The position numbers and the translations under genes were made by a program. From NCBI RefSeq assembly GCF_963921235.1, contig NC_086108.1:24676001-24740000 (forward strand): a stretch of 64,000 nt of DNA, in the 5' to 3' direction. The notes below the pieces were generated by a model, which was given only the letters and a program-made list of their open reading frames with translations, ran no database searches and was not told the DNA's origin. The stretch comes from Mobula hypostoma. Taxonomy: Eukaryota. Positions 27,087 to 38,606 of the stretch are shown here, piece after piece (the stretch's first letter is position 1; every line of letters begins with the position of its first letter).

Positions 27087-29707
27087 TTTCCATGCAATTG
27101 TTGGTTTTCTGTAAATTGTAACTTTGCTTTATTGCTCCTACTAAAAGTGAAGTATTTCTGAATAATTGTTTTGAAAAGTCAAATCAAATGAATGCTGGCT
27201 AAATTTTCTGGATCTAAAAAAAATACATCACTCTATCTAATGATAAATATGGCAATTAAACACAAAATATGTATTTTCTTGTGAAGTTTGTGCATCATAT
27301 TTCAGTTTTTACTATATTCTACATGTATGCACCCGATGTAATGCTTGTTTCAAAATAAATAAAAGGTAAAGGAAAATCCATTTGTTTTACTTTCTGATTT
27401 GTTAAGTATGTAATTCCTCAAATAGATTGACTACACATAGTAGCTGATACCTTCCCCAATCCTACTCAACAAAGATCTCTATAAAAAAAACCTGAAGGAA
27501 CTTTGCAGTTTGAGCAACATCTCTGAGAGGAAAAAAATGTCAATGTTTGTCTTGTACTTGCAAAGATTTGTATATCTTGCTAGAGTGTAAACTGCATCAG
27601 AGCTGCCCAGAGCATCCATTACCTCCATGGGTAGGAAAATATTGAAAGAAAATCATTTAAATTGAACAATCAGTCCAGAAATTAATCAGAAATAATCAGA
27701 AATTAATAAAAACAAAACAACTTAATAATGACTGTAAAGAAAGTGATAACAGATTGCCATAAAAGTCCAACTAGTTCACAAATATTCTTTGGGAAGGAAT
27801 CCCAGAATTCTTACCCAGCCTAGACTTTCTGTGACTCCAGACCCACATCACGGGGGTGACTGGTAAATGCTCTCCGATACACAATTGTTCTCTGATTCAA
27901 TTGTCACCATCACATTAACAAGGTCATCGGTTTCACCATTTCAGAACAGCCTTTAAAAAGAGATGTCTGGTCCAGTAGTAGAGTATAACTTAGCTAACTA
28001 CTAAGCATTGCACTGCAAGATACATATGGCATCTGTAATCTATTATTACATAATTGTATATTTTGCAAGTTTCACATTTGTTTTACGCTTACAGAAGACC
28101 ATAAGTTGCCTTGTCAGCTTTGTGTGGCTTGTTAATGCTACTTAAATGGAAATCTGGACAGAATGTTGTTTTGTTCCAAATGTTCCCATGCTATATAATA
28201 GATAGTCTAGTATGTATCCACATCCCAAAGGCCTCATTTCATTGCACAGATTGCATGACATATTTGCATCTGGCTGGTTGAAATTTCGTTCAGAAAACAA
28301 ATCGTAAATATACAAGCAGTGATGGAACCAAAAATAATCATCAAAAATCAGCAGTTATCAAACGGTTGCCAATTAAACAAATCAGTAAGGGAAACAGGAG
28401 CCAATTCAATTAAAAAAAAAGAAACATTATTGGAAGATCCTTTGGGCTATCCTCTTGCATAGCCGGTAATAAAGAACATAGTGAAAAAATAACAGCTGTC
28501 TTGGTGATGGATGGAAGTACAAAGGGACTGCTGACCCAAGATAAAGCAAAAAACTGAAAGCAGAGAGCTTGCCATTATCAAAGGGTTAATTGCCATTAGA
28601 GAGATCACACATTTGGGTGAAAAAGGGCAGTAGAGGTCAAAGGAAATTAATTAGATATAAAAACAAGAAAGTGAAATAATTGTCCTGCGTACATTTGGGA
28701 TGAGGAGGAAATACATATTCCCAGTTGGAGGGACCATTCAAAACTTGTCTGAGCCACTCTTCCACCATCTCAGGTAGTCACTGGCTTGCTTCTGAAGATT
28801 TCTCAAATTATTGTCGCCGGTGGGAAACAAATTCACACCACAGTCTGTGAAACATCAATTCCTATGATATACTGCATTTTAACAAACTGTTTGCAGCTGA
28901 CGTATGTTTGCATTCTCCTGCCGTAGTAACAATACAGGATGTCCTTCACCCATCTGAGTCTGTGCATGAACCCGAGTGGAGCATTGAAACTGGAATGGTT
29001 TTCCCCGCATTCCGCCCATTCCTTGTAACACGACATTTCTTTGTGCAATCGAGTACTGATCACACCCACCCATTCGAATCAAATAAAATTCTAAAGGGTA
29101 TTTCTTTATTGATAACCTCTTACTTTTACTAGGATTGAACAATTGCATAAAGCAAAATCTAAAGCAGATTTGATCTATTCAGTACTAGGAGAGCAAGGAA
29201 TTTAAACTCTCCTCAGTGCATTCTAAACATCTTTATCTCTGTATTCCATTCTTTCATCAGTTGTGAAAATACTTATATCTTCTTTTTTATTTAAAAACGT
29301 CATTGATTCCATTGTACTCTGACGCTCAGAAGTGATTTACTGAATTAAATTATGGAGGACATTAACTGAAAGAGTAACACATAATATTTTGTAATTCCAA
29401 AGCTGAAGGCAACAATCTAACAGTATATTAACCTCCCTGGTATCCAGACATCTTCAATGGGCGATGCCTCACAATGGCAGTATCCATCACTAAGGATCCC
29501 CATCACCCAGGGCATACCCTGTTCTCATTGCTACCATCAAGAAGGAGGTACTGAAGCCTGAAGGCACACATTCAATTGTAATGTATTGTGACTATTTGTA
29601 GTGTCAGAGTGCGTATGATGTCAGGTCATGGAGAAGTAAAATGGAAGTCTGTTGAATAAACGTGGTTGTTCAATCTACAGCGGTGTCCGAGTCACATCAA
29701 TATTACA

Positions 29708-29719
29708 TGGTGTCAGAAG
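29708..29719 (+). promoter_or_regulatory. Primer binding site, probably tRNA-Leu(CAA)
   Basis: tggtgtcagaag immediately follows the 5' LTR and is complementary to the ...CTTCTGACACCA 3' end recalled for vertebrate tRNA-Leu(CAA). Confidence 0.7.
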
Positions 29720-29755
29720 AAATCGTGAAAAAAAAGGAAGAGAAGAACGTAAAAG

Positions 29756-32299
29756 ATGTCACAGTTACAGCCACCATCAAGTTTAAGCCTACAAAGTAAT
29801 CTTGCTAAGAACTGGAAAATATGGATCCAGAAGTTTGAGCTGTTTTGCACCGCTACCGGCGTAGCTGAAAAGACGGAGAAAGTGCAATGTGCTACGTTTC
29901 TGCATGTGGCGGGAGAAGAGGCAATAAAAGTTTGCAACACTTTTGTCTTCCAAGATGATGAGCAAGATAAAATTGCAGTGTTGAAGAAAAAGTTTCAAGA
30001 TTACTGCAAACCAAGAAAAAGCCTACCGTACATCCAACATACGTTTTTCACGAGGGCTCAAGGACCAATAGAGACCATAGACGCCTATGTAACAGATTTG
30101 AAGAACAAGGCAAAACACTGTGAGTTCGGACAACTGCGTGACTCTTTAATACGAGACAGGATTGTATGCGGCATATGAGATGATCAAGTGAGAGGCAGAC
30201 TATTGAGAGAGGCGGATCTTACATTAGAAAAGGCAATTGATGTTTGCTGTGCCAGCGAGATCACGTCAAGTCAGGTTAAAGTGCTCAATGAAGAGATTGA
30301 AGTGCACAAAATAAAAACTGTGAAAACTGACAAGAGTAGGACAAAGCCAGCTGCACAGGATGATCAAAAGGAAGTTAACTGCAACAGATGTGTTTATAAA
30401 CATGGATTCAGAAAATGTCCAGCCTTTGGTCAGACATGCAAGTTATGCCAGAAAAGAAATCACTTTGCAAAGATGTGCAAATCGAAGGAGCATGCAAGGA
30501 AAATGCATGCTGTGGAACAGAGTGAGGGTAACAGTGACATGTTCATTGGCACAGTTGAAGTGGAACAGGAGGGATGCATCAAAAATATTGACAATGCAGA
30601 GATGGAGGATGAAGATGATTGGACTCAAGATCTGATAATAAACAGGAGGAATGTGGCACTTAAGCTTGACACTGGGGCAAAATGCAATGTAATGTCAGCA
30701 GAAACGTTCAACTCACTGGACATCAGAGGAAGACTGAGAAAATCCATCTGCAAGCTTGTTGCATATTTCGGCCACAAGACGGCACCACTGGGCAAAAAAG
30801 CACTCACCTGTGTGTACAAAGGTCAAAAATACAAGATCGAATTTGAAATAGTACAGCAACATGTCCCAGCAATACTGGACAAAGCAACATGCTCAAAGCT
30901 AGGACTGGCGAAGCGAATCTATGGTGATGAAAAAGAAAATGACATTCTCAAGGACTTTGATGATTTGTTTTCTGGATTAGGATGTTTACCAGGGAAACAC
31001 CATACCCAGATTGATCCAACTATTGCACCAGTCGTGCATGCCCCAAGAAAGATTCCAGTAGCTCTCAGGGATCAAGTAGTGGAGGAGCTACACAGAATAG
31101 AATGGATGGGAGTCATAACAAGACAAATAGAACCGCCCGACTGGGTGAATAGCATGGTGACAGTGGTCACAGAAAAAAAGGCAAGGATTTGCAAGGATCC
31201 ACAGGATCTCAACCAAGCCATCAAAAGAGAGCACTATCCGCTGCTCACGGTTGAAGAGGTTGTCTCCTGCATGCCTAATACAAAATACTTTTCAGTATTA
31301 GACGCAAAATCAAGGTTTCTGGCAGATCAAGCTGGATGAAGAAAGTTCCAACTTATGTACTTTCAACACGCCCATAGGGAGATATCATTTCCTGCGTCTA
31401 CTCTTTGGGATTTCTTCTGCATTAGAGGTATTCCAGAGATCCGTGGCACAAATGATTGAAGATCTGGACGGGGTGGTCAACATCATTGATGATTTGCTGA
31501 TATGGGGTGACACAATTGCGGAACATGATCAGAGACTGAGGAAGCTCCTGGAGAGAGCACATGAGTACAACCTAAAACTGAACAAAAGTAAATGTAAGAT
31601 CAGAACTATAGAGATCAAATATATAGGTCATGTACTCAGTGCTGATGGGCACGCTCAGTCTAATGGACAAGCAGAGACTACTGTACAAACTGTAAAGAAC
31701 ATGCTCAAGAAGGCACAAAGCAGCAACGGTGACCCTTACATTGCTCTGCTTGAATACCGCAACACATCGATTGAGGGCATGGCGTTCTCTCCTGCGCAGC
31801 TGTTGATGGGACGTCATCTGAAGTCCAAACTGCCAACATCCACAACTCTACTGACTCCTGAAGGTAATGCTTACATGACAAGCAAAAGTTCAAGCAAATA
31901 AAGCAAACGAGCTACTATGACAGACATACAAGACAATTGCCGGATCTGCATACAGGTGAAAATGTCAGAATACAAACAGGAGACTCTTGGCAACCAGCTG
32001 TGGTTGTGAACAGACATCAGCAACCAAGATCCTTCACAGTTCGCACGCCAGATGGAAGAGTCTACAGGAGGAACAGGAAGCATCTGCTGAAGACAGGCGA
32101 GAGGGAGTTTCCACGTACAGGTGCACAGGACATTTCCACATATACAGACATGGAAACAAATGACACCAAGAGTGATGCAGACCGCAAAGACACAGAGGCC
32201 ACTCGAGAGACTGACACGGATGAAGGACAAGCACAGTCACAGTTGTATCACACACGGTCTGGGAGACAAGTCAAACTTCCAGCTCGATACAGAGACTAG
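29756..32299 (+). pseudogene. Gypsy gag-pol pseudogene
   Basis: Gag NWKIWIQKFELF..LIRDRIVCGI, with an in-frame TGA at 30176 before ORF 30188. Zn knuckles CNRC..H..C and CKLCQKRNHFAKMC, protease KLDTGA, RT FSVLDAKS and IIDD. YIGHVLSADG is fused directly to the integrase motif QSNGQAE. The C-terminus has DGRVYRRNRKHL and TRSGR. Confidence 0.92.
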
Positions 32300-32974
32300 A
32301 CATACATACAGTCTCACACAGTTTGAGGCAAAGTCACACATGTTATAAGTTCCAAGGTGTGAAATAAAAGGTTTATTAATCTATGTTGGTAAAAGAAAAT
32401 ACACTGCTGTTTGTATTGTAAGATACAATGCAGAATACAGTACTAGGTAAGATTTTTTTTTAGTTTATGTCATGGTTGTTGCACTGTAAGAAGGGCATAT
32501 CTAGAGGCATTGTTTTGGTAATTCACAGTGTTGTAATAAAATAAATCTTGAGAAGGGGGATGTAATGTATTGTGTGAGTATTCGTAGCGTCAGAGTGTGT
32601 ATGACGTCAGGATGTGGAGAAGTAAAATGGAAGTCTGGTGAATAAACGTGGTTGTTTAATCTACAGCGCTGTCTGAGTCACATCAATATTACATCAATAA
32701 TTCAGGAATAGCTTCTTTCTCTCTGAACCAATGGAACTCATGAACACTACCTCACGACATTTTTATTTTTTAATTTTGCACTACTTATTTAAATTAACTA
32801 TTTACTATATAGTATATATATACTTGCTGTGATTCACATTTTTATTATTATGCATTGTATTGCTGTGCTTCAACAGAGGCAACAAATTTCACACCACTTA
32901 TGCCAGTGATATTAAACCCGATTTTGATTCTATAAATGAGGTTAGTGGGGTTATATCTTTATCAAGATAATATC

Positions 32975-35900
32975 AAGGAACAACAAAGAGGTCCTGAAAA
33001 GAGATTTTAAAGAGCTAGGTAGAAAGCTGAGAAGCAGGACCTCCAGGATAGCAATTTCTGGATTGCTGCCTGTGCCATGGGCCAGTGAGGGTAGAAACGG
33101 AATGATTTGGCAGATAAATGCTTGGCTGAGAAGCTGGTGCAGGGGGCAGGGCTTCAGATTCTTGGATCATTGGGATCTCTTCTGGGGGAAATATGATCTG
33201 TTCAAAAGCGACAGGTTGTATCTGAACCTGAGGAGGACCAATATTCTCACGGACAGGTTTGTTAGAGCTGTTGGGGAGGGTTTAAACTAATTTGGCAGGG
33301 GGGTGGGAACTGGAGTGAAGGGAATCAGGATAGGATGGATGGTTAAAAAAAAAGCAAAGATAGCATGCAGTCAGACTGTCAGGAAGGGCAGGCAGGTGAT
33401 GGGACTTAGTCGCAGTCAACAGGGTGAATATCAGTACATTAGGATGCAAAATCAAAAAGGGGAGCAAATACGGTACTCAAGGTATTGTATCTCAATGTGC
33501 AAGTATAAGAAATAAGGTGGATGTTCTTGTTGCACTATTACAGATTGGCATGTATGATGTTGTGGCCATCAGTGAATTGTGGCTGAAGGATGGTTGTAGT
33601 TTGGAGCTGAATGTCCAAGGATACACGTTGTATCAGAGGGATAGGAAGGTAGGCAGAGGGCGAGGTGCAGCTCTACTAGCAAAGAATGGTATCAAATCAG
33701 TAGAAATAGAAATAGGATCGGAAGATGTTGAATCCTTGTAGGTTGAGTTAAGAAACTGCAAGGGTAAAAGGACCCTGATGGCAGTTATATACAGGCCTCC
33801 TAACAGTAGCTGGGATGTGGACCACATATTACAACAGGAAATATAAAAGACATGTCAAAGGGGAAATGTTATGGAAGTCATGGGAGATTTTAGCATACAG
33901 GTCGATTGGGAAAATCAGGTTGGTAATGGATCTCAAGAGAATAGTTTGTTGAATGCCTCAGAGATGGCTTTTTAGAGCAGTTTGTCGTTGAGCCTGCTAG
34001 GGGATCAGCTATACTGGATCGGGTGTTATGTAATGAACCGGAGGTAACTAGGGAGCTTAAGGTAAAAGAACCTGAGGAACTAGTGATTACAAAACGATTG
34101 AATTCAACTTGAAATTTGAAAGGGAGAAAGTAAAGTCTAACGTAGCAGTATTTCAGTGGAGTAAGAGAAATTACAGCAGTATGAGAGAGGAGTTGGCCAA
34201 TGTAAATTGGAAGGAGCTATTGGCAGGGATGTCAGCAGAGCAGCAATGGCATGTGTTTCTGAGAAAAATGAGGAAGGTGCAGGACATGGGTATTCCAAAA
34301 GTGAAGACATACTCAAATGGCAAAATAGTACAACCATGTCAAAACTAATGTAAAAACGAAAGAGAGGGCATTCAATAAAGCAAAAATTAGTGGGAAGACA
34401 GAGGATTGGGAAGTTTTAAAAAACTTATAGAGAGCAACTAAAAAAGTCCATTAGAAGGAAAAAGATAAAATATGAAAGCAAGCTAGCAAATAATATCAAA
34501 GTGGATAGTAAAAGCTTTAACAAGTATGTAAAAAATAAAAGAGAGATGAGAGTGGATATAGGACCGCTAGAAAATGAGGAAAGCAGGAGAAATAGTAATG
34601 GGGTACAAGGAGATGGCAGATGAACTAATTAAGTATTTTGTATCAGTCTTCACTGTGGAGGACACTAGCAGTGTGCCAGATGTTGTAGTGTGTGAAGGAA
34701 GAGAAGTGGGTGCAGTTACTATTACAAGGGAGATCTTTCAAAAATCATTGGACTCTGGCATGGTGCCAGAGGACAGGAAAATTGCAAATGTCACTCCACT
34801 CTTTAAGAAAGGATAAAGGCAGCAGAAAGGAAATTATCGACCAGTTAACCTGACCTCAATGGTGGGAAGATGTTAGAGGCAATTGTTAAGGACAAGGTGA
34901 TGGAGTACTTGGTGACACAGGACAAGATAGGACAAAGTCAGCATGGTTTCCTTCAGGGAAAGTTCTGCCTGACGAACCTGTTAGAATTTTTTTGAGGAGA
35001 TTACAAGTAGGATAGATAAAGGGGATGTAGTGGACGTTGTATATTTGGACTTCCAGAAGGCCTTTGACAAGATGCCACACATGAGGCTGCTTACCAAGTT
35101 AAGAGCCCGTGGTATTACAAGCAAGTTACTAAAATGGTTCGAGTACTGGCTGATTGGAAGAAGGCAGTGAGAGGGAATAAAAGGATCCTTGTCTGCTTGG
35201 CTGCCAGGGACTAGTGGTGTTCCACAGGGGTTGGTGTTGGGACCACTTCTTTTTATGCTGTATATAAATGATTTAGATGATGAAATAGATGGCTTTGTTG
35301 CCAAGTTTACAAATGATAAGAAGATTAGTGGAGAGGCAGGTAGTGTTGAGAAAACAGGAAGGATGCAGAAGGACTTAGACAGAGTAGGAGAATTGGCAAG
35401 AAAGTGGCAAATAAAATATAATGCTGGAAAATGCAGTGTCACGCACTTTGGTAGTAGAAATAAACGTGCGAACTATTTTCTAAATGGAGAGAAAATCCAA
35501 AATCTGAGATGCAAAGGTATTTGGGAGACCTTGTGTAGAACATGCTAAAGGTTAACTTGCAGGTTGAGTTGGTGGTGAGGAAGGCAAATGCAATGTTAGC
35601 ATTCATTTCAAGCAGTCTAAAATACAAGAGCAGGGATATGATGCTGAGGCTTTATAAGGCACTGATGAGGCCTTGCCTTGAGTATAATGAACAGTTTTGG
35701 CTCCTCATTTTAGAAAAGATGTGCTGGCATTGGAGAGGGTCCAGAGGAGGTTTACAAGGATGATTCCAGGAATGAAAGGGTTATCATATGAGGAACGTTT
35801 GATGGCCCTGATCCTGTACTCACTGGAATTTAGAAAGAGAGGGAGGATCCCATTGAAACCTTTTGAATGTGGAATCACCTGGACAGAGCAGACGTGGAAA

Positions 35901-36235
35901 GGATGTTTCCCATGGTGGGAGAGTCTAGGACAGGCGGGCATAGCCTCAGGATAGAGGGGAATCCATTCAAAACTGAGATGCGGAGAAATTTCTTTAGCCA
36001 GAGGGTGGTGAATTTGTGGAATTTGTTGCCACGTGCAGCGGTGCAGGCCAGGTCTTTGGGTGTATTTAAGGCAAAGATTGATAGGTTCTTGATTGGACAT
36101 GGCATCAAAGGTTATGGGGAGAAGGCTGGTAAAATAGAGTTGAGGAGGAGAAAAAAAGGATCAGACATGATTAAATGATGGAGCAGACTTGACAGGTCAA
36201 GTGGCCTAATTCTGCTCCTATGTCCTATGGTCTTA
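32975..36235 (+). pseudogene. CR1 LINE with ORF1 esterase C-terminus and disrupted ORF2
   Basis: ORF 33063-33290 LPVPWASEGRN..WLRSWCRGQGFRFLDHW..D.LYLN (SGNH esterase-like). ORF2 pieces ASIRNK..DVVAISELW, GVPQGLVLGPLLF, KFTNDKK and QRRFTRMIPG. Internal deletion near 34730; tail tgtcctatggtctta. Confidence 0.92.
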
Positions 36236-36384
36236 TAATAATATTAGTCTGTCACTGTTTCTGTTCTTGTGGAAGTCCACTGATGCCTATATTATACACT
36301 GCTTACCCTTGCATTGTGTTTAGTATTTGAAAGTATGTGTAGGCATTAGTTATACCTATTCAATTCTGGAATATGTAGCAGCAA

Positions 36385-36507
36385 TCTGCTGCAGGAACTC
36401 TGTGGGTTGAGAAGTAATTGTGGGAGGAAAGTAACTGTTGACATTCCAGGTGAAAACGCTGTAACAGGATTCCTATCAGGACTGAATCCTGTTACAGGGA
36501 TTCCACC
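36385..36507 (+). repeat. Degenerate Penelope-type hairpin remnant
   Basis: Perfect inner stem tgtaacaggattc / gaatcctgttaca around ctatcaggact, extending with mismatches to ccaggtg / cacctgg. It is preceded by ggaactctgtgggttgag..gttgacatt. Confidence 0.55.
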
Positions 36508-36769
36508 TGGGGTATCAACCACACCTCCTCCCTCACAGAGGTTAGGAACTGAATGAGTGGTGGGGGTCTTCTTAGCTTGGTGGATAAGCCCGAGCGAGTG
36601 TTGAAACATCATAAAAAGCTGTCTTACACCTGAACTTTTCTCTATAATTTTTACCGTAATTGCACCAAAACATCAATATGGTTCTTTTCTGATCTACTGG
36701 ATGAATGAAAAACTGTCTGAGCTCAGTCATCACCATCTTTGAGCAAAGATCACCCCAACATTAACTTGG

Positions 36770-37150
36770 ACACGGTACGCTTGCATTTACACCCACCAAG
36801 AAGCGAAACTAAGTCATCATCAACTTGTTCAGTGAAGCAAATGGGAGTATAGGCCTTACACACAGCCAGCACAACCTTCTCTAATCTACCCCTTGATGAA
36901 ACAACACCACCTGCTAGCAATAAAGATCCATGGTGAGACACTGGAAAATGTCGACTCTATTTTGTCACACAACCTTCAATAAGTGCAGACGTTGGTGATT
37001 AAATTCATCAATGTTTTCACTGAACCAGCACAACCTTTGAATCTCCAAGGATAAGAACAATTTAATAGCATGACCTTAAATCTAGCACAATGATCATGAT
37101 CTACTGTGCGGAAGAGTTTCTTAGCTTCCTGTGTTCAGGTCTGTTACTCT
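36770..37150 (+). mobile_element. Old RTE-like LINE RT remnant
   Basis: atcaacttgttcagtgaagc..ataggccttac and aaagatccatggtgagacactggaaaatgtcgac resemble the RTE post-YADD region (GLT, KIHGETLENVD); heavily decayed. Confidence 0.45.
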
Positions 37151-37470
37151 GCAGATTTTTAAGTTCCTAACACATGCTGGACAGAGAGAGCACAGAGATT
37201 TATCTTTCCACTGTCTATCATACTATTTGTGGGTTCTTCAGCTCCCGTTTGATGGATATTCATTGTCCAGGGCTAGGAAGCCTTTTGACAAGCTCAGCTT
37301 TCTAACACAGCAGCTGATTCTCGCAAGGGTCAAAGAGTAGTTTTTAAGTTAAATTTCTGTCCAAAATTCTTAGCTCAGCTTCCTGTCATAAACAAGAAGC
37401 AGCCTTCTGCTCTGAATGTAAATTGCAAGCAATAATCAGTCTGAAGTTTAGAGGACAACTTTGCAAACAA

Positions 37471-38606
37471 TATTGGTATTGGGGGTAAGGTATTGGTGTG
37501 GGTGGAGAATTGGTTAGCAGACAGGAAGCAAAGAGTGGGAATAAACGGGACCTTTTCAGAATGGCAGGCGGTGACTAGTGGGGTACCGCAAGGCTCAGTG
37601 CTGGGACCCCAGTTGTTTACAATATATATTAATGACTTGGATGAGGGAATTAAATGCAGCATCTCCAAGTTTGCGGATGACACGAAGCTGGGTGGCAGTG
37701 TTAGCAGTGAGGAGGATGCTAAGAGGATGCAGGGTGACTTGGATAGGTTGGGTGAGTGGGCAAACTCATGGCAGATGCAATTTAATGTGGATAAATGTGA
37801 AGTTATCCACTTTGGTGGCAAAAATAGGAAAACAGATTATTATCTGAATGGTGGCCGATTAGGAAAAGGGGAGGTGCAACGAGACCTGGGTGTCATTATA
37901 CACCAGTCATTGAAAGTGGGCATGCAGGTACAGCAGGCGGTGAAAAAGGCGAACGGTATGCTGGCATTTATAGCGAGAGGATTCGAGTACAGGAGCAGGG
38001 AGGTACTACTGCAGTTGTACAAGGCCTTGGTGAGACCACACCTGGAGTATTGTGTGCAGTTTTGGTCCCCTAATCTGAGGAAAGACATCTTTGCCATAGA
38101 GGGAGTACAAAGAAGGTTCACCAGATTGATTCCTGGGATGGCAGGTCTTTCATATGAAGAAAGACTGGATGAACTGGGCTTGTACTCGTTGGAATTTAGA
38201 AGATTGAGGGGGGATCTGATTGAAACGTATAAGATCCTAAAGGGATTGGACAGGCTAGATGCAGGAAGATTGTTCCCGATGTTGGGGAGGTCTAGAACGA
38301 GGGGTCACAGTTTGAGGATAGAGGGGAAGCCTTTTAGGACCGAGGTTAGGAAAAACTTCTTCACACAGAGAGTGGTGAATCTGTGGAATTCTCTGCCACA
38401 GCAAACTGTTGAGGCCAGTTCATTAGCTATGTTTAAAAGGAAGTTAGATATGGCCCTTGTGGCTACAGGGGTCAGGGGGTATGGAGGGAAGGCTGGGTTC
38501 TGAGTTGGATGATCAGCCATGATCATAATAAATGGCGGTGCAGGCTCGAAGGGCCGAATGGCCTACTCCTGCACCTATTTTCTATGTTTCTATGTTTCTA
38601 TGTTTC
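37471..38606 (+). mobile_element. Young 5'-truncated CR1 LINE, uninterrupted ORF 37493-38503 (336 aa)
   Basis: GVPQGSVLGPQLF, KFADDTKL, RDLGV, RPHLEYCVQFWSP and TRGH; (tttctatg)n tail; possible short TSD aatat. Confidence 0.95.

Larger units (their letters stand above)
29577..32693 (+). mobile_element. Gypsy (Mag-like) LTR retrotransposon, internally deleted, both LTRs present
   Basis: LTRs at 29577-29707 and 32561-32693 (TG...CA), 5-bp TSD tcaat on both sides, PBS tggtgtcagaag (29708-29719), PPT gagaaggggga (32550-32560). Confidence 0.95.
29445..32930 (+). mobile_element. Rex1/L2-like LINE 3' end (29445-29576 + 32694-32930) split by the Gypsy insertion
   Basis: aaggatccccatcacccagggcat...gaaggcacacattcaat resumes after the 3' LTR as aattcaggaatagcttc... 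and ends gtgatattaaacccgattttgattct. Confidence 0.75.
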
